Positions 19,126 to 28,356 of a stretch of 64,000 nt of DNA are shown piece after piece. The DNA lies in assembly GCA_963725175.1 (NCBI GenBank), contig CAVRXH010000006.1:5939580-6003579 (forward strand), read 5' to 3'. Positions within the stretch are counted from its first letter, which is position 1. Each line of letters starts with the position of its first letter. The DNA is from an uncultured Actinomycetota bacterium (GTDB taxonomy: Bacteria; Actinomycetota; Actinomycetes; Streptosporangiales; Streptosporangiaceae). The position numbers and the translations under genes were made by a program. The notes below the pieces were generated by a model. That model was not told where the DNA came from. It did no database searches and saw nothing but the letters and a program-made list of their open reading frames with translations.

Positions 19126-19344
19126 GGCAACAGTGGATGCGGGTTTGCTGCGGTCGCCACGGCAGCAAAACCCGGCTCGCTGCCGCTGGGTCCGGCGTGC
19201 CCCCATCTGCTTCGCGCCCGCTGGGGGCGGTGCTACGCCCGCGCCGGCTCGCTGCCGCTGGGCCGCCGTCGGCTGCCGGCCACGCCGTGCTTGCTGCCTG
19301 CTGAGGTCGGCCGCCCGGCGGGCGAAACCCGCCGGGAACTAGCA

Positions 19345-19398
19345 ACAGTGAACCCGCTTTTACTGTCGCTGAAACGACAGTAAAAGCGGGTTCACTGT
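19345..19398. repeat. Perfect 24-bp inverted repeat (54-nt hairpin) with nested palindromes
   Basis: ACAGTGAACCCGCTTTTACTGTCG-ctgaaa-CGACAGTAAAAGCGGGTTCACTGT. Each arm is bounded by ACAGT..ACTGT. The element is more AT-rich than its surroundings. Confidence 0.9.
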
Positions 19399-19432
19399 CG
19401 TAGGCGTCCGCAGTTCAGCTGATAACAGCAAG

Positions 19433-19563
19433 AGGCAGGGCAGGGCAGGGCAGGGCAGGGCAGGGCAGGGCAGGGCAGGGCAGGGCAGGGCAGGGCAGGG
19501 CAGGGCAGGGCAGGGCAGGGCAGGGGCAGGGGCAGGGCAGGGGCAGGGGCAGGGGCGGGGCGG
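19433..19563. repeat. Pentanucleotide microsatellite (CAGGG)x17 grading into (CAGGGG)n; G-quadruplex-type tract on the + strand
   Basis: 17 perfect CAGGG units span 19436-19520. They are followed by CAGGGG x2, CAGGG, CAGGGG x3 and CGGGGCGG. Confidence 0.95.
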
Positions 19564-19716
19564 TGACTGGGGGAATGAAGATTCGGTTTGCGAAGGATTT
19601 GGCGGGGTGGAGGGCGGAATTTTGGGGGCCGGGGAAAGGCGGGGAGGTGGAGAGACGAGGGGATAGCCAGGGGTGGCGCGTAATGCGCCGGAAGTCGCGC
19701 CGAGGGGGGCGCGGGG

Positions 19717-20001
19717 CTAGCCGTGCAGGGGGTGCGGGCTAGCGGGCTTGCTCGCGACCACGTAGGCGGCGAAGAGAATCGCTCCGGCAATCAGCGTGAC
19801 CCTGGTCCACCTGGGGGCGCCTTTCCAGCTGAAGCCGGCGACCAGCATGGCGGGGACGGTGAGGATCGGAACGACGACTAGGCCGATGATGGCCGCGACC
19901 ACGGCGAATGTTCCGGTGCGCTTGCTGTTCAGCGCACCTTTCGGAATGAGTGCCACGCACTGAGCGTAACTCCGGGTAAACAATTCGTACAGGAATGGCA
20001 A
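19717..20001 (-). CDS. Small membrane protein (2 predicted TM segments)
   Basis: High GC3 from about codon 16 onward (..FAVVAAIIGLVVVPILTVPAMLVAGF..LIAGAILFAAYVV..). The first 15 codons are AT-rich, so the real start may be GTG 19956. Confidence 0.5.
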   Translation of the reverse strand: MPFLYELFTRSYAQCVALIPKGALNSKRTGTFAVVAAIIGLVVVPILTVPAMLVAGFSWKGAPRWTRVTLIAGAILFAAYVVASKPASPHPLHG

Positions 20002-20241
20002 CTGCGAGAATGATCACAGCGACCCTGGAGAGGCCCAAAATCCGTGGTCAGCCGTCCGGACGCGGCGAAAACGCAGGGGAAACGGCGCTGACGTGGCCGC
20101 CGGGTGCTGACCGGAATGCCAGTGGTCTCGCGCCAGAACGTCTATTTGTGCCAATCAGAGAACATCGCGTATCAAGCTTCCCGCGAACCATTGTTCGCTA
20201 TCCGAATAGCAGCGTGCGACATGTGTTGCTAGCGTTGCGGC

Positions 20242-20745
20242 ATGACCACCGAGCGAGTGCTCCCGGCCCTGGAGGCGGGAGACCGGCAGCTGCTCACGGC
20301 CTTCCTGGATTTCCAGCGGGCCACGCTGGCCACCAAGTGCGCGGGACTGGCCGATGACCAGCTCCGCGAGATGGCGGTCCCGCCGTCCAGCCTGTCGCTG
20401 CTCGGCCTGGTCCGGCACATGGCCGAGGTAGAGAAGAACTGGTTCCGCCCGCTGCTTGAGGGCGACGGCATGGCCGGGATCTGGGCGCCGGGGCTCGACG
20501 TTGAGCCGGCCTTTGACGAGGTGGCGTCGGCCGACGTCGCGGCGGCGTTCACGGCCTGGGACGCCGAGTGCGAGCACGCGCGGGAGCTGGTGGCGGCCGC
20601 GCCTTCGCTGGACGCCACCGGCATGCGCGGCGGCGAGCGGTTCTCGCTGCGCTGGGTGATCGTGCACCTGATCGAGGAGTACGCACGGCACAACGGGCAC
20701 GCGGACCTGCTGCGCGAGCGAATCGACGGCTCGACCGGCCAGTAG
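20242..20745 (+). CDS. DinB-family (DUF664 / mycothiol-transferase-like) protein
   Basis: ..LLTAFLDFQRATLATKCAGLADDQL.. and ..RWVIVHLIEEYARHNGHADLLRERIDG.. are hallmark DinB/DUF664 segments. Confidence 0.8.
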   Translation: MTTERVLPALEAGDRQLLTAFLDFQRATLATKCAGLADDQLREMAVPPSSLSLLGLVRHMAEVEKNWFRPLLEGDGMAGIWAPGLDVEPAFDEVASADVAAAFTAWDAECEHARELVAAAPSLDATGMRGGERFSLRWVIVHLIEEYARHNGHADLLRERIDGSTGQ

Positions 20746-20932
20746 CCGCGCCAGCCAACGCGCCCCGGCGGTGACGGACTCTTTGCCTGGCCCGGCGTTG
20801 ACATCGTGCGGACGCGGAGCCAGGCTCGAACCGCAAACGATTGTGGCATGAGGCGATAAGCCGGGATCTGTGCTGGCGCCCGTCGCGGTCACCCCCGCGC
20901 ACGTCGCCCGTGCATGACCCAGGCGAGGCGAG

Positions 20933-21889
20933 GTGGCCATGTCCGAGCTGAGTTCCGGTGGCCGGGCCGGCTGGCTGGGAACCGGGCGCATGGGGTCCGC
21001 GCTGGCCCGTCGGCTGCTGGCCGGCGGCTGCGACGTGACGGTGTTCAACCGGACCGCGAAGCGGGCCAGCCCGCTGGTCCAGGCGGGTGCCAGGCTGGCG
21101 GAAAGCGCCGCCGAGCTGGCCGGCCTGGACATCGTGTTCGTCACCGTCGGCACTTCCGACGACCTGATCACCGCGCTGCTCGGGCCGGACGGGGTGCTGT
21201 CGGGCCAGGGCGCGCCGCCGGTGGTGGTGGACTGCTCGACGGTGTCGGCCGACGCCTCGCTGCTAGTTCGCGAGCGGCTGGCCGGGCACGGCGCTGCGCT
21301 GCTGGCCGCCCCGGTGATGGGCAACCCGCGGGCCGCCGCGGCGGGCCTGGCGACGCTCGCGGTGTCCGGCCCGCGCACCGCGTTCGAGCAGGCGCGGCCC
21401 TACCTGAGCCTGCTCGGTTCTGGCGCGACCTACGTGGGCGATGGCGAGCAGGCCAGGGTGGTGAAGCTGTGCCACAACCTGTTCCTCGGGGTGGTGTCTC
21501 AGTCGCTGGCCGAGATCGCGGTGCTGGCGGAGAAGAGCGGCGTCAGCCGGCAGGCGCTGATGGCCTGCCTGAACGCCAGCGTGCTCGGCTCGGCGTTCAC
21601 CAGGTACAAGACGCCGGCGCTGGTCAACCTGGACTTCGAGGCGACGTTTACCGGCACGCTGCTGCGCAAGGACTTCGACCTGGGCCTGGCCGCCGCCAGG
21701 GAGCGCGAGGTGCCGATGCCGGTGGCCGCGCTGGTGCACCAGCTCGTGCAGGGGCTGGTCGGGCACGGCTACGGCGACCTCGACTTCGCCGCGCTGCTCG
21801 CGATCCAGGCGGCCTCGGCAGGCCTGGATCTGGCCAGCGAGGACGCCCCGGTCTCCGACGGCCTCGACCCGCCAGGCCCGCCGCCCTAG
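20933..21889 (+). CDS. NAD(P)-dependent beta-hydroxyacid dehydrogenase (HIBADH / 6PGDH-like)
   Basis: Rossmann motif GWLGTGRMGSALARRLLAGGCDVTVFNRT. An alternative ATG lies at 20939. Confidence 0.8.
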   Translation: MAMSELSSGGRAGWLGTGRMGSALARRLLAGGCDVTVFNRTAKRASPLVQAGARLAESAAELAGLDIVFVTVGTSDDLITALLGPDGVLSGQGAPPVVVDCSTVSADASLLVRERLAGHGAALLAAPVMGNPRAAAAGLATLAVSGPRTAFEQARPYLSLLGSGATYVGDGEQARVVKLCHNLFLGVVSQSLAEIAVLAEKSGVSRQALMACLNASVLGSAFTRYKTPALVNLDFEATFTGTLLRKDFDLGLAAAREREVPMPVAALVHQLVQGLVGHGYGDLDFAALLAIQAASAGLDLASEDAPVSDGLDPPGPPP

Positions 21890-21915
21890 CCGCCCGCCCG
21901 CGCGAGACCAGAGCC

Positions 21916-23115
21916 TCAGACCCAGATTGACCCCAGCGCACGGTAGATGTTGCCGCCGAGAACCGCGCGGATCTGGTCGTCGTCGTAGCCGTGGCTGACC
22001 AGCCAGCCGCAGATGTTGGCGAAATTCTCCGTCGGGTTCTCCAGTCCGTCCACGTACTCGACCCGCTCGAAGGCCGGCCCGCTGGTCGCTCGGCCGAGGC
22101 CGAGCAGGTGGCCGAACACCCGGTGCAGCCCGACATGATCCCCGTAGAGGGTGTCCGGGCCGAACGCGACGTGCTCCAGGCCGACCAGCTCCGCGCAGTA
22201 CTCGAAGTGATCCATCACCGAGGAGATGGTGTGCCGGGGATGCGCGCCGGACAGCGTGGTGTGCGGGGCGGCGGACATGCCGATCACCCCGCCGGTTCCC
22301 GCCACCGCGCGGAGCACCGCGTCGGGCTTCATCCGGGGCGTGTCCCAGACCGCCCGCGCGCCCGCGTGGGTGAGGAACACCGGCGCGCTGGTGAGCTCGC
22401 AGGTGTCCAGCGCGGTCCGGTCCGAGGAATGGGACAGGTCGATGGCCAGGCCTAGCCGATTCATCCGGGTCACCGCGCGGCGGCCGAGCGCGGTCAGCCC
22501 GCCGTCGCGGGCCTCGTTCAGCCCGCTGCCGAGGGCGTTGGCGTCGGAGTAGGCGATGCCGATCTGCCGCAGCCCCAGCCCGTACAGGACGTCGAGCCGG
22601 TCGATCTCGTTCTCGATGGGCGTCGCCGCCTCCAGCCCGAACACCAGCCCGACCCGCCCCGCCGCGTGCGCGGCGTCGATGTCGGCCAGGCAGCGGATCA
22701 CCGTCACCGCGCGCTGGTGGGCCAGGTCGGCCTGGCGCATGCCCAGGTCGGTGATGATGTCGTCCCACCGCCACGGCGCGTTCCCTGTGACGCAGGCGGT
22801 GCCGTCCATCATGTTGTCGAACACCACAGTCATCCCGGAGGCGGCCAGGCCCGCGTAGGCGGCGTGCTGCCGCCCGGTGCGGTTGTAGGCGGGCGTCTCC
22901 TCCATCCGGGCGGGGAACCTGACCGGGTGATCGTGCAGGCTGATCACCAGGCTGCCGTCCAGTAGCCGCGCCGCCCGCTCGCGCTGCGCGGGCGTGAGCC
23001 GCGCCGCGTAAGGCGGCACCCGGCCGAACTCCGGTGCCAGCTCGAACGCGGGGGAGTCGGCACCCGCGCCCAGGTAGGAGTACGCCGTATACGGCCGGCC
23101 AGGGTCGTCAGTCAT
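21916..23115 (-). CDS. Membrane (renal-type) dipeptidase, peptidase family M19
   Basis: ..VISLHDHP.., ..IDLSHSSDRT.., ..FLTHAGARAV.. 399 aa. Confidence 0.8.
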   Translation of the reverse strand: MTDDPGRPYTAYSYLGAGADSPAFELAPEFGRVPPYAARLTPAQRERAARLLDGSLVISLHDHPVRFPARMEETPAYNRTGRQHAAYAGLAASGMTVVFDNMMDGTACVTGNAPWRWDDIITDLGMRQADLAHQRAVTVIRCLADIDAAHAAGRVGLVFGLEAATPIENEIDRLDVLYGLGLRQIGIAYSDANALGSGLNEARDGGLTALGRRAVTRMNRLGLAIDLSHSSDRTALDTCELTSAPVFLTHAGARAVWDTPRMKPDAVLRAVAGTGGVIGMSAAPHTTLSGAHPRHTISSVMDHFEYCAELVGLEHVAFGPDTLYGDHVGLHRVFGHLLGLGRATSGPAFERVEYVDGLENPTENFANICGWLVSHGYDDDQIRAVLGGNIYRALGSIWV

Positions 23116-24529
23116 CGCCAGGTCCTCTCTCGCGCCGAGCCGGCTCGCGCCCGTCCGGAGTCGGCCCAGGCAAGCGAGCCGCGGCGAGCCGGTGCGGTCC
23201 CGCCGCGAGCAGCCGCCAGAGCATTTCCCAGGCTCGCATGCCCTCGCGCAGCCTGGCGATGCGCAGGAACTCGCCCGGCGCGTGCAGCCGCTCGTCCGAG
23301 GTCGAGAACGAGAAGAACAGCGTCTTCACCCCGAGCACTCGCTCGAACAGGTCGGTGGCCGGCAGCGTGCCGGCGATGGCGGCGTGCAGCACCGGCTGGC
23401 CGGGGTAGACCGACTCCAGGGCCGCCGTGGCGGCGCGGATGGCCGGGTGCGCGGCCGGGATCGTGTACGCGGGGACCCGCGCCTGGTCCGGGCGGGTCAG
23501 CACCCGGACGCCGGGCAGGTCCAGCCCGTGCACGTGCGCCTCGATCGCCGCCAGGACGCGATCGGGGTGCTGGCCCGGCACCAGGCGGCAGGACAGGTGC
23601 GCGGTGGCGGCGCGCGGGATGACGGTGTACTTCCCGCCGCCGGAGATCCCGTTGACCTCCAGCGTCGGCCGTTCCCAGAGCCGCTCAAGCGTGGAGTACC
23701 CCGGCTCGCCGTGCGCCTCGCGGAGCCCGAGTCCGCCCAGGTACTCCGTTTCGCTGAAATCGACAGCCGCGATCTGGCGGCGGCGTCCGGCGGGCAGTTC
23801 GGGTACCCCGTCGTAGAACCCGGCTACGGCGACGCCGCCGTCGCGGTCATGCAGGCTCGCGACGATCGCGGCCAGGGCGTGCAGCGGGTTGGCGACCGTG
23901 CCGCCGTACCGGCCCGAGTGCAGGTCGGCAGCCGCGCCCTCGACGGTGATGTCCAGGCTCGCCAGTCCCTTGGAGGCCAGCGCCAGCGATGGCTCGCCCG
24001 GCCGCCACATGGCGCCGTCGGCCGAGATGACCAGGTCGGCGGCGAGCGCGGCGGCGTGCTGGCGGACGAACTCCGGCAGGTGCGGGCTGCCGATCTCCTC
24101 CTCGCCCTCGATGAGGAACTTCACGTTCAGCGGCAGCGCGCCCTCCTGGCCGAGGAACGCCTGCGCGGTCTTGAGCACCAGGTAGACCGGGCCCTTGTCG
24201 TCGGTGACGCCCCGGCCGACCGCGATATCGCCGCGCACCGTCAGCTCGAACGGCGGCGAGGGCCAGTCGGCCAGGTCGCCGGGCGGCTGCACGTCGTAGT
24301 GCCCGTAGACCAGCACGGTCGGCGCGCCCGGCGCGCCCAGCCACTCGCCGAGCACCACCGGGTGCCCGGCGGTGGGCAGCACCCGCCCGCCGGCGAAGCC
24401 GAGCTGCCCGGCTACCCAGTCCGCGGCGGCCCGCATCACGGCGGCACCGGCGTGCCTGCTGACGCTCGGCACGGCGACGTACTGAGCCAGCTCGCCGAGG
24501 TAGCGCGCGTCGTAGCCGAGGGTGAGCAT
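23108..24529 (-). CDS. M20-family dipeptidase/desuccinylase-like metallopeptidase
   Basis: ..VLVYGHYDVQPPGD..W.SPPFE..GRGVTDDKGP.. and ..FLIEGEEEIGSP... It overlaps the M19 gene by 8 nt. Confidence 0.85.
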   Translation of the reverse strand: MLTLGYDARYLGELAQYVAVPSVSRHAGAAVMRAAADWVAGQLGFAGGRVLPTAGHPVVLGEWLGAPGAPTVLVYGHYDVQPPGDLADWPSPPFELTVRGDIAVGRGVTDDKGPVYLVLKTAQAFLGQEGALPLNVKFLIEGEEEIGSPHLPEFVRQHAAALAADLVISADGAMWRPGEPSLALASKGLASLDITVEGAAADLHSGRYGGTVANPLHALAAIVASLHDRDGGVAVAGFYDGVPELPAGRRRQIAAVDFSETEYLGGLGLREAHGEPGYSTLERLWERPTLEVNGISGGGKYTVIPRAATAHLSCRLVPGQHPDRVLAAIEAHVHGLDLPGVRVLTRPDQARVPAYTIPAAHPAIRAATAALESVYPGQPVLHAAIAGTLPATDLFERVLGVKTLFFSFSTSDERLHAPGEFLRIARLREGMRAWEMLWRLLAAGPHRLAAARLPGPTPDGREPARRERGPGDD

Positions 24530-24538
24530 GGCCGCGCG

Positions 24539-25234
24539 CTAGCTGTGCCCGCCGTCGATGGCGATGACCTGGCCGGTCACCCACGACGACTGCGGCGCGG
24601 CGAAGAACAGCACCCCGTTGGCGATGTCGGCCGGGTCGCCAAGCCGCCGCATGGCGATGCCCGCGACCAGGTCGCGCTGGCCGCCCGGGCCGTAGCTCTG
24701 CCACTGCGCGATGGTGGTCGGGTTGGACAGGATGAAGCCGGGCGCGATGCAGTTGACCGTGATGCCGAACGGGCCGAGCTCGTGCGCGAGCTGGCGGGTC
24801 AGCCCGATCTGCGCCGCCTTAGCGCTCGCGTAGGCCTGGATGCCCGTCTTGCTGACGCCAAGCCCGGCGGCCGAGGAGATGGTGACGATCCGGCCCCAGC
24901 GGCGCTGCTTCATGCCAGGAACCACCGCCCTGGTGCACAGGAACGCGGTGGTCAGGTTGGCGTTCACCACCGCGGCCCAGTCCGCGTCCGGCACGTCCTC
25001 CAGCGGCCTGCCGACCTGCCCGGCGACCCCGCCCGCGTTGTTGACGAGGATGTCCACCGGGCCGGCCGCGGCGAAGAACGCGCGCACCTGACCGGGGTCC
25101 GACAGGTCGGCGGTGTCGGTGTCCACCGGGTGCACCGTCGCCCCGGCGTCCCGCAGGGCGGCGGCGATGGCCGCGCCGATGCCGTGCGCGGTGCCCGTCA
25201 CCACGGCGTTCTTCCCGGCCAGCCCGGTCGTCAT
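24539..25234 (-). CDS. SDR-family oxidoreductase (FabG-like)
   Basis: GKNAVVTGTAHGIGAAIA, NNAG and YASAKAA motifs. Confidence 0.85.
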   Translation of the reverse strand: MTTGLAGKNAVVTGTAHGIGAAIAAALRDAGATVHPVDTDTADLSDPGQVRAFFAAAGPVDILVNNAGGVAGQVGRPLEDVPDADWAAVVNANLTTAFLCTRAVVPGMKQRRWGRIVTISSAAGLGVSKTGIQAYASAKAAQIGLTRQLAHELGPFGITVNCIAPGFILSNPTTIAQWQSYGPGGQRDLVAGIAMRRLGDPADIANGVLFFAAPQSSWVTGQVIAIDGGHS

Positions 25235-25367
25235 CGGGAGCGATCACCTGCCTCGCGGTGCCGTCGCGAGGCAGCCGCGGCGGTCGTCCCGATGTTAACG
25301 CAAACGTGTTACTAGCGTATATAGGGCATTTACCCTGAACGGGGATGCTCGGCGCCAGCCGCCGTTC

Positions 25368-26222
25368 TCAGGCGCTGATCAGGATGATGCCGACCGCGAT
25401 GACGATCGCGGCGGCGACCCGCCTGGTACCGAAGCGCTCCCGGAAGAAAACCATCCCGATCAGCGCCGCGAACACCACGCTGACCTCGCGGATGGCGGCG
25501 ACCTCGGCCATCGGCGCGCGGGCCTGCGCCCACAGCACCACCCCGTAGGCCAGCGCGGCCAGCGCCCCGGCCAGCAGGCCGCGGCTCACCAGCCGGGCGT
25601 CGCGCCAGGCCGCGGCCGGCCGCCGGGCCAGCGCCGCGATCAGGAACGGCGGCCCCTGGAGCACGAACAGCAGCCCGGTGTAGGAGTAGGGATCATGCGC
25701 GGCCCGCACGCCGATGCCGTCCACCACCGTGTAGCTGGCGATGGTGACGCCGGTCAGCAGCGCGACCCCGATGGCCGGCAGCTCGGCCCGGCTCGGCCAG
25801 CCCGCCGACAGCGCGAGGCTCATCAGCCCGGCGGCCAGGATCGCCACCCCGGCCAGCGCCCCGGCGGCCAGGTGCTCGTGGGCGAACACGGCCGCGCCGA
25901 GCGCGACCAGCAGCGGTGAGGTGCCGCGGGCGATCGGGTACACCTGGTTGAACGAGCCCAGCCGGTAGGAGGCCATCAGCCCGGCCTCGTACGCGATGTG
26001 AATGGCCGCCGAGATGATCGCCAGCAGCACGGCCTTGCCAGGCGGCAGCCCGGCCAGCCCGAGCGCGACCGCGCCGCCCGCCGTCAGCGCGACGCCGATC
26101 AGCGCGAACGCCATCAGCCGGTCGCTGATGTCCTTGGCGATCGCGTTCCAGGTGGCGTGCAGCGCGCCCGCGCCGATCACGATGACCACGATCAGCCCGG
26201 TGAGCTGCGGCTGACCGCCCAT
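25368..26222 (-). CDS. EamA/DMT-family transporter
   Basis: 284 aa with 10 predicted TM segments and a duplicated EamA-like architecture. Confidence 0.8.
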   Translation of the reverse strand: MGGQPQLTGLIVVIVIGAGALHATWNAIAKDISDRLMAFALIGVALTAGGAVALGLAGLPPGKAVLLAIISAAIHIAYEAGLMASYRLGSFNQVYPIARGTSPLLVALGAAVFAHEHLAAGALAGVAILAAGLMSLALSAGWPSRAELPAIGVALLTGVTIASYTVVDGIGVRAAHDPYSYTGLLFVLQGPPFLIAALARRPAAAWRDARLVSRGLLAGALAALAYGVVLWAQARAPMAEVAAIREVSVVFAALIGMVFFRERFGTRRVAAAIVIAVGIILISA

Positions 26223-26230
26223 GCCCGGGG

Positions 26231-27061
26231 CTACGCCCGGCCCGGCCGGTCAGCCGGCCTGGTGCCGGCCACGATCGTCGCGCCCAGCTCGGGGTCGTGC
26301 ATCGACCCGCCGCGCAGCCCGGCGTCCGCGACCGCCCGCACGGCGCTCGCGAGCTGCCGGTCGCTGGTCTCGATGAGCAGCCAGCCACCGGGCGCGAGCC
26401 AGGACGGCGCGCCCGCGGCGACCCGGCGCAGCAGGTCAAGGCCGTCCGGGCCGCCGTCCAGCGTGGCCGCCGGCTCGTGGTCCCGCGCCTCGGGCGGCAG
26501 CAGCGCGATCTCGGCGGTCGGCACGTACGGCACGTTCGCCGTGATCAGGGTGACCCGGCCGCGCAGGCTCGCGGGCAGCGCGTCGTACAGGTCGCCGGCG
26601 TAGACCCGCCCGGCCGCGCCGAGGTTGGCACGGGCGCAGGCCACGGCCGCCGGATCGGCGTCGGCCGCGTGCAGCTCAGTGCTGCCAGCGCCCAGCCCGC
26701 CCAGCCCGGCCAGCACGGCCGCGCCGATCGCGGCGGAGCCGCAGCACAGGTCGACGACGACGTGCGGCCCGGCGGACCGGCGGGCCAGCGCGATAGCGTG
26801 GCGGGCCAGGAACTCGGTGCGGCGGCGCGGGATGAACACGCCCGGCGTGACAGCAATGCGCAGCCCGCAGAACTCCGCCCAGCCCAGCACCAGCTCAAGC
26901 GGCAGCCCGTCCGCGCGCCGCGCGGCCAGCTCCGCGGCCTGCGCCGGGCTCGCCGCCGCCTGCGTGATCAGCCGGGCCTCGTCCTCGGCGAAGACACAGC
27001 CGGCGGCCCGGAGCAGCGCCACGAGGGCTGGATCCGGCGGGGGAGCGGGGAATTCAGGCAT
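26231..27061 (-). CDS. PrmC-related putative protein N5-glutamine methyltransferase
   Basis: ATG 27061 lies within ORF 26231..27373. SAM motif VVDLCCGSAAIG and catalytic motif NVPYVP. Confidence 0.75.
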   Translation of the reverse strand: MPEFPAPPPDPALVALLRAAGCVFAEDEARLITQAAASPAQAAELAARRADGLPLELVLGWAEFCGLRIAVTPGVFIPRRRTEFLARHAIALARRSAGPHVVVDLCCGSAAIGAAVLAGLGGLGAGSTELHAADADPAAVACARANLGAAGRVYAGDLYDALPASLRGRVTLITANVPYVPTAEIALLPPEARDHEPAATLDGGPDGLDLLRRVAAGAPSWLAPGGWLLIETSDRQLASAVRAVADAGLRGGSMHDPELGATIVAGTRPADRPGRA

Positions 27062-27111
27062 GCAACCCGAAACCCTATCCAGGGCCGCGCGCCGCCCGGC
27101 CGTGCGGGGGC

Positions 27112-28356
27112 TCATCCCGGCAGCGGCGCGGGATCTGGCCCCAGGGCTGGCGGCCGCGCGGCGGCGGCGAGCGCGAGGACGGCCACGGCGCTGAGCAGCG
27201 CCGCGGCGGCGTAGGGCAGCCGGTAGGACAGGTGCGCGATGGCGGCGGCGCCGATCGCCTGGCCGAACGGCACCACCCCGAACAGCAGGAAGGACCACGC
27301 CGCCGACACCCGGCCCTGCAGCTGCTCGGGGGTCAGCCGCTGACTGAGATTGATCACCGCGACCACGGTCCACGGCAGCGCGAACCCGGCCAGCGCGTAC
27401 GCCGCGAGGTCCAGGCCGAGCACCGGGATCGTGAGCAGCGCCGAGGCCAGCGCGCAGTTGACCAGGCCGGCTAGCTGGAGGAACCGCTCGCCCCTGCGGC
27501 GGATGATCCTGGCGCTGACCAGGCCGGCCACGACTGAGCCCGCGCCGAGCATCGCGCTGAAGACGCCGAGGAACGCCGGGCGCTGGTGCACCGCCGTGAC
27601 CATGCTGTACTGCGCGCCCGAGCTGAGGCTAGAGGCGAACATGGCCAGCGTCGCGGCCAGCGTCGCCGACCGCAGGCCAGGCGTCCGCCAGACGTGGCTG
27701 AACCCCGCGACCGCCTCGGTGCGCCACCGGCCCGCCGGCCGGCCGCGCCGGGGCTCGGTGATCCGCAGCCGGGACAGCGCGGCCACCGCGACCAGGAAGG
27801 TGGCCGAGTCGAGCGCGGCCACGACGCCGCCGCCGAACAGCTCGAACAGGCCCGCGCCGAACAGCGGCGCGACCAGCTTGCCGCCCTCGGTGATGCTCAT
27901 CATCAGGCCGTTGATCCGGCGGCGCTCGCTGAGGGAGAACATCGTGTAGAACAGCCCGCTCGACGCCGGCCCGTCCACGACCATGGACAGGCCGTAGCAG
28001 GCCATCACCGCGTAGATCATCCACACGGCAGCGGAGGTGCGGACCGCGAGCAGCGGCAGCAGGACCAGTGCCATCGCCAGGTTCACCGCGATCAGCAGCC
28101 GCCTCCTGGGCAGCCGGTCGGCCAGCATCCCGGCCGGCGCCGCGAGCAGCGTCGGCGCGTAGACGCAGACCTGGGCCAGCGCGGCCATCGAGCTGCTGCC
28201 GGTCAGCTCCTTGACCCAGATCCCCGCCACCAGGCTCATCGCGCCATTGCCCAGCAGCGAGGCCGACACCCCGGTCAGGTAAATGCGCGCGTTCCTGCGC
28301 TGCTCCGCCTGGCCGGGCGCCCCGCCCGGCGTTCGGACGGCGGGCGGGGTGGTCAT
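27112..28356 (-). CDS. MFS transporter
   Basis: 414 aa with 12 predicted TM segments and the MFS loop motif ..LADRLPRRRLL... Confidence 0.85.
   Translation of the reverse strand: MTTPPAVRTPGGAPGQAEQRRNARIYLTGVSASLLGNGAMSLVAGIWVKELTGSSSMAALAQVCVYAPTLLAAPAGMLADRLPRRRLLIAVNLAMALVLLPLLAVRTSAAVWMIYAVMACYGLSMVVDGPASSGLFYTMFSLSERRRINGLMMSITEGGKLVAPLFGAGLFELFGGGVVAALDSATFLVAVAALSRLRITEPRRGRPAGRWRTEAVAGFSHVWRTPGLRSATLAATLAMFASSLSSGAQYSMVTAVHQRPAFLGVFSAMLGAGSVVAGLVSARIIRRRGERFLQLAGLVNCALASALLTIPVLGLDLAAYALAGFALPWTVVAVINLSQRLTPEQLQGRVSAAWSFLLFGVVPFGQAIGAAAIAHLSYRLPYAAAALLSAVAVLALAAAARPPALGPDPAPLPG

Noticed and set aside
19433-19563. Possible CRISPR array.
   Set aside because: The repeat unit is 5-6 nt with no spacers, so it is a microsatellite. 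No cas genes or 25-40-nt repeat/spacer periodicity occur anywhere in the window.
19392-19790. 132-aa ORF with a striking LPCPA pentapeptide repeat.
   Set aside because: It is simply the minus-strand translation of the (CAGGG)n microsatellite. It has no RBS, and the flanking sequence is not coding-like.
25317-25328. AT-rich 12-mer GTATATAGGGCA found twice (25317-25328 and 52670-52681).
   Set aside because: It is only 12 nt, and both copies lie in AT-rich spacers where such matches are more likely. I cannot exclude chance without genome-wide statistics.
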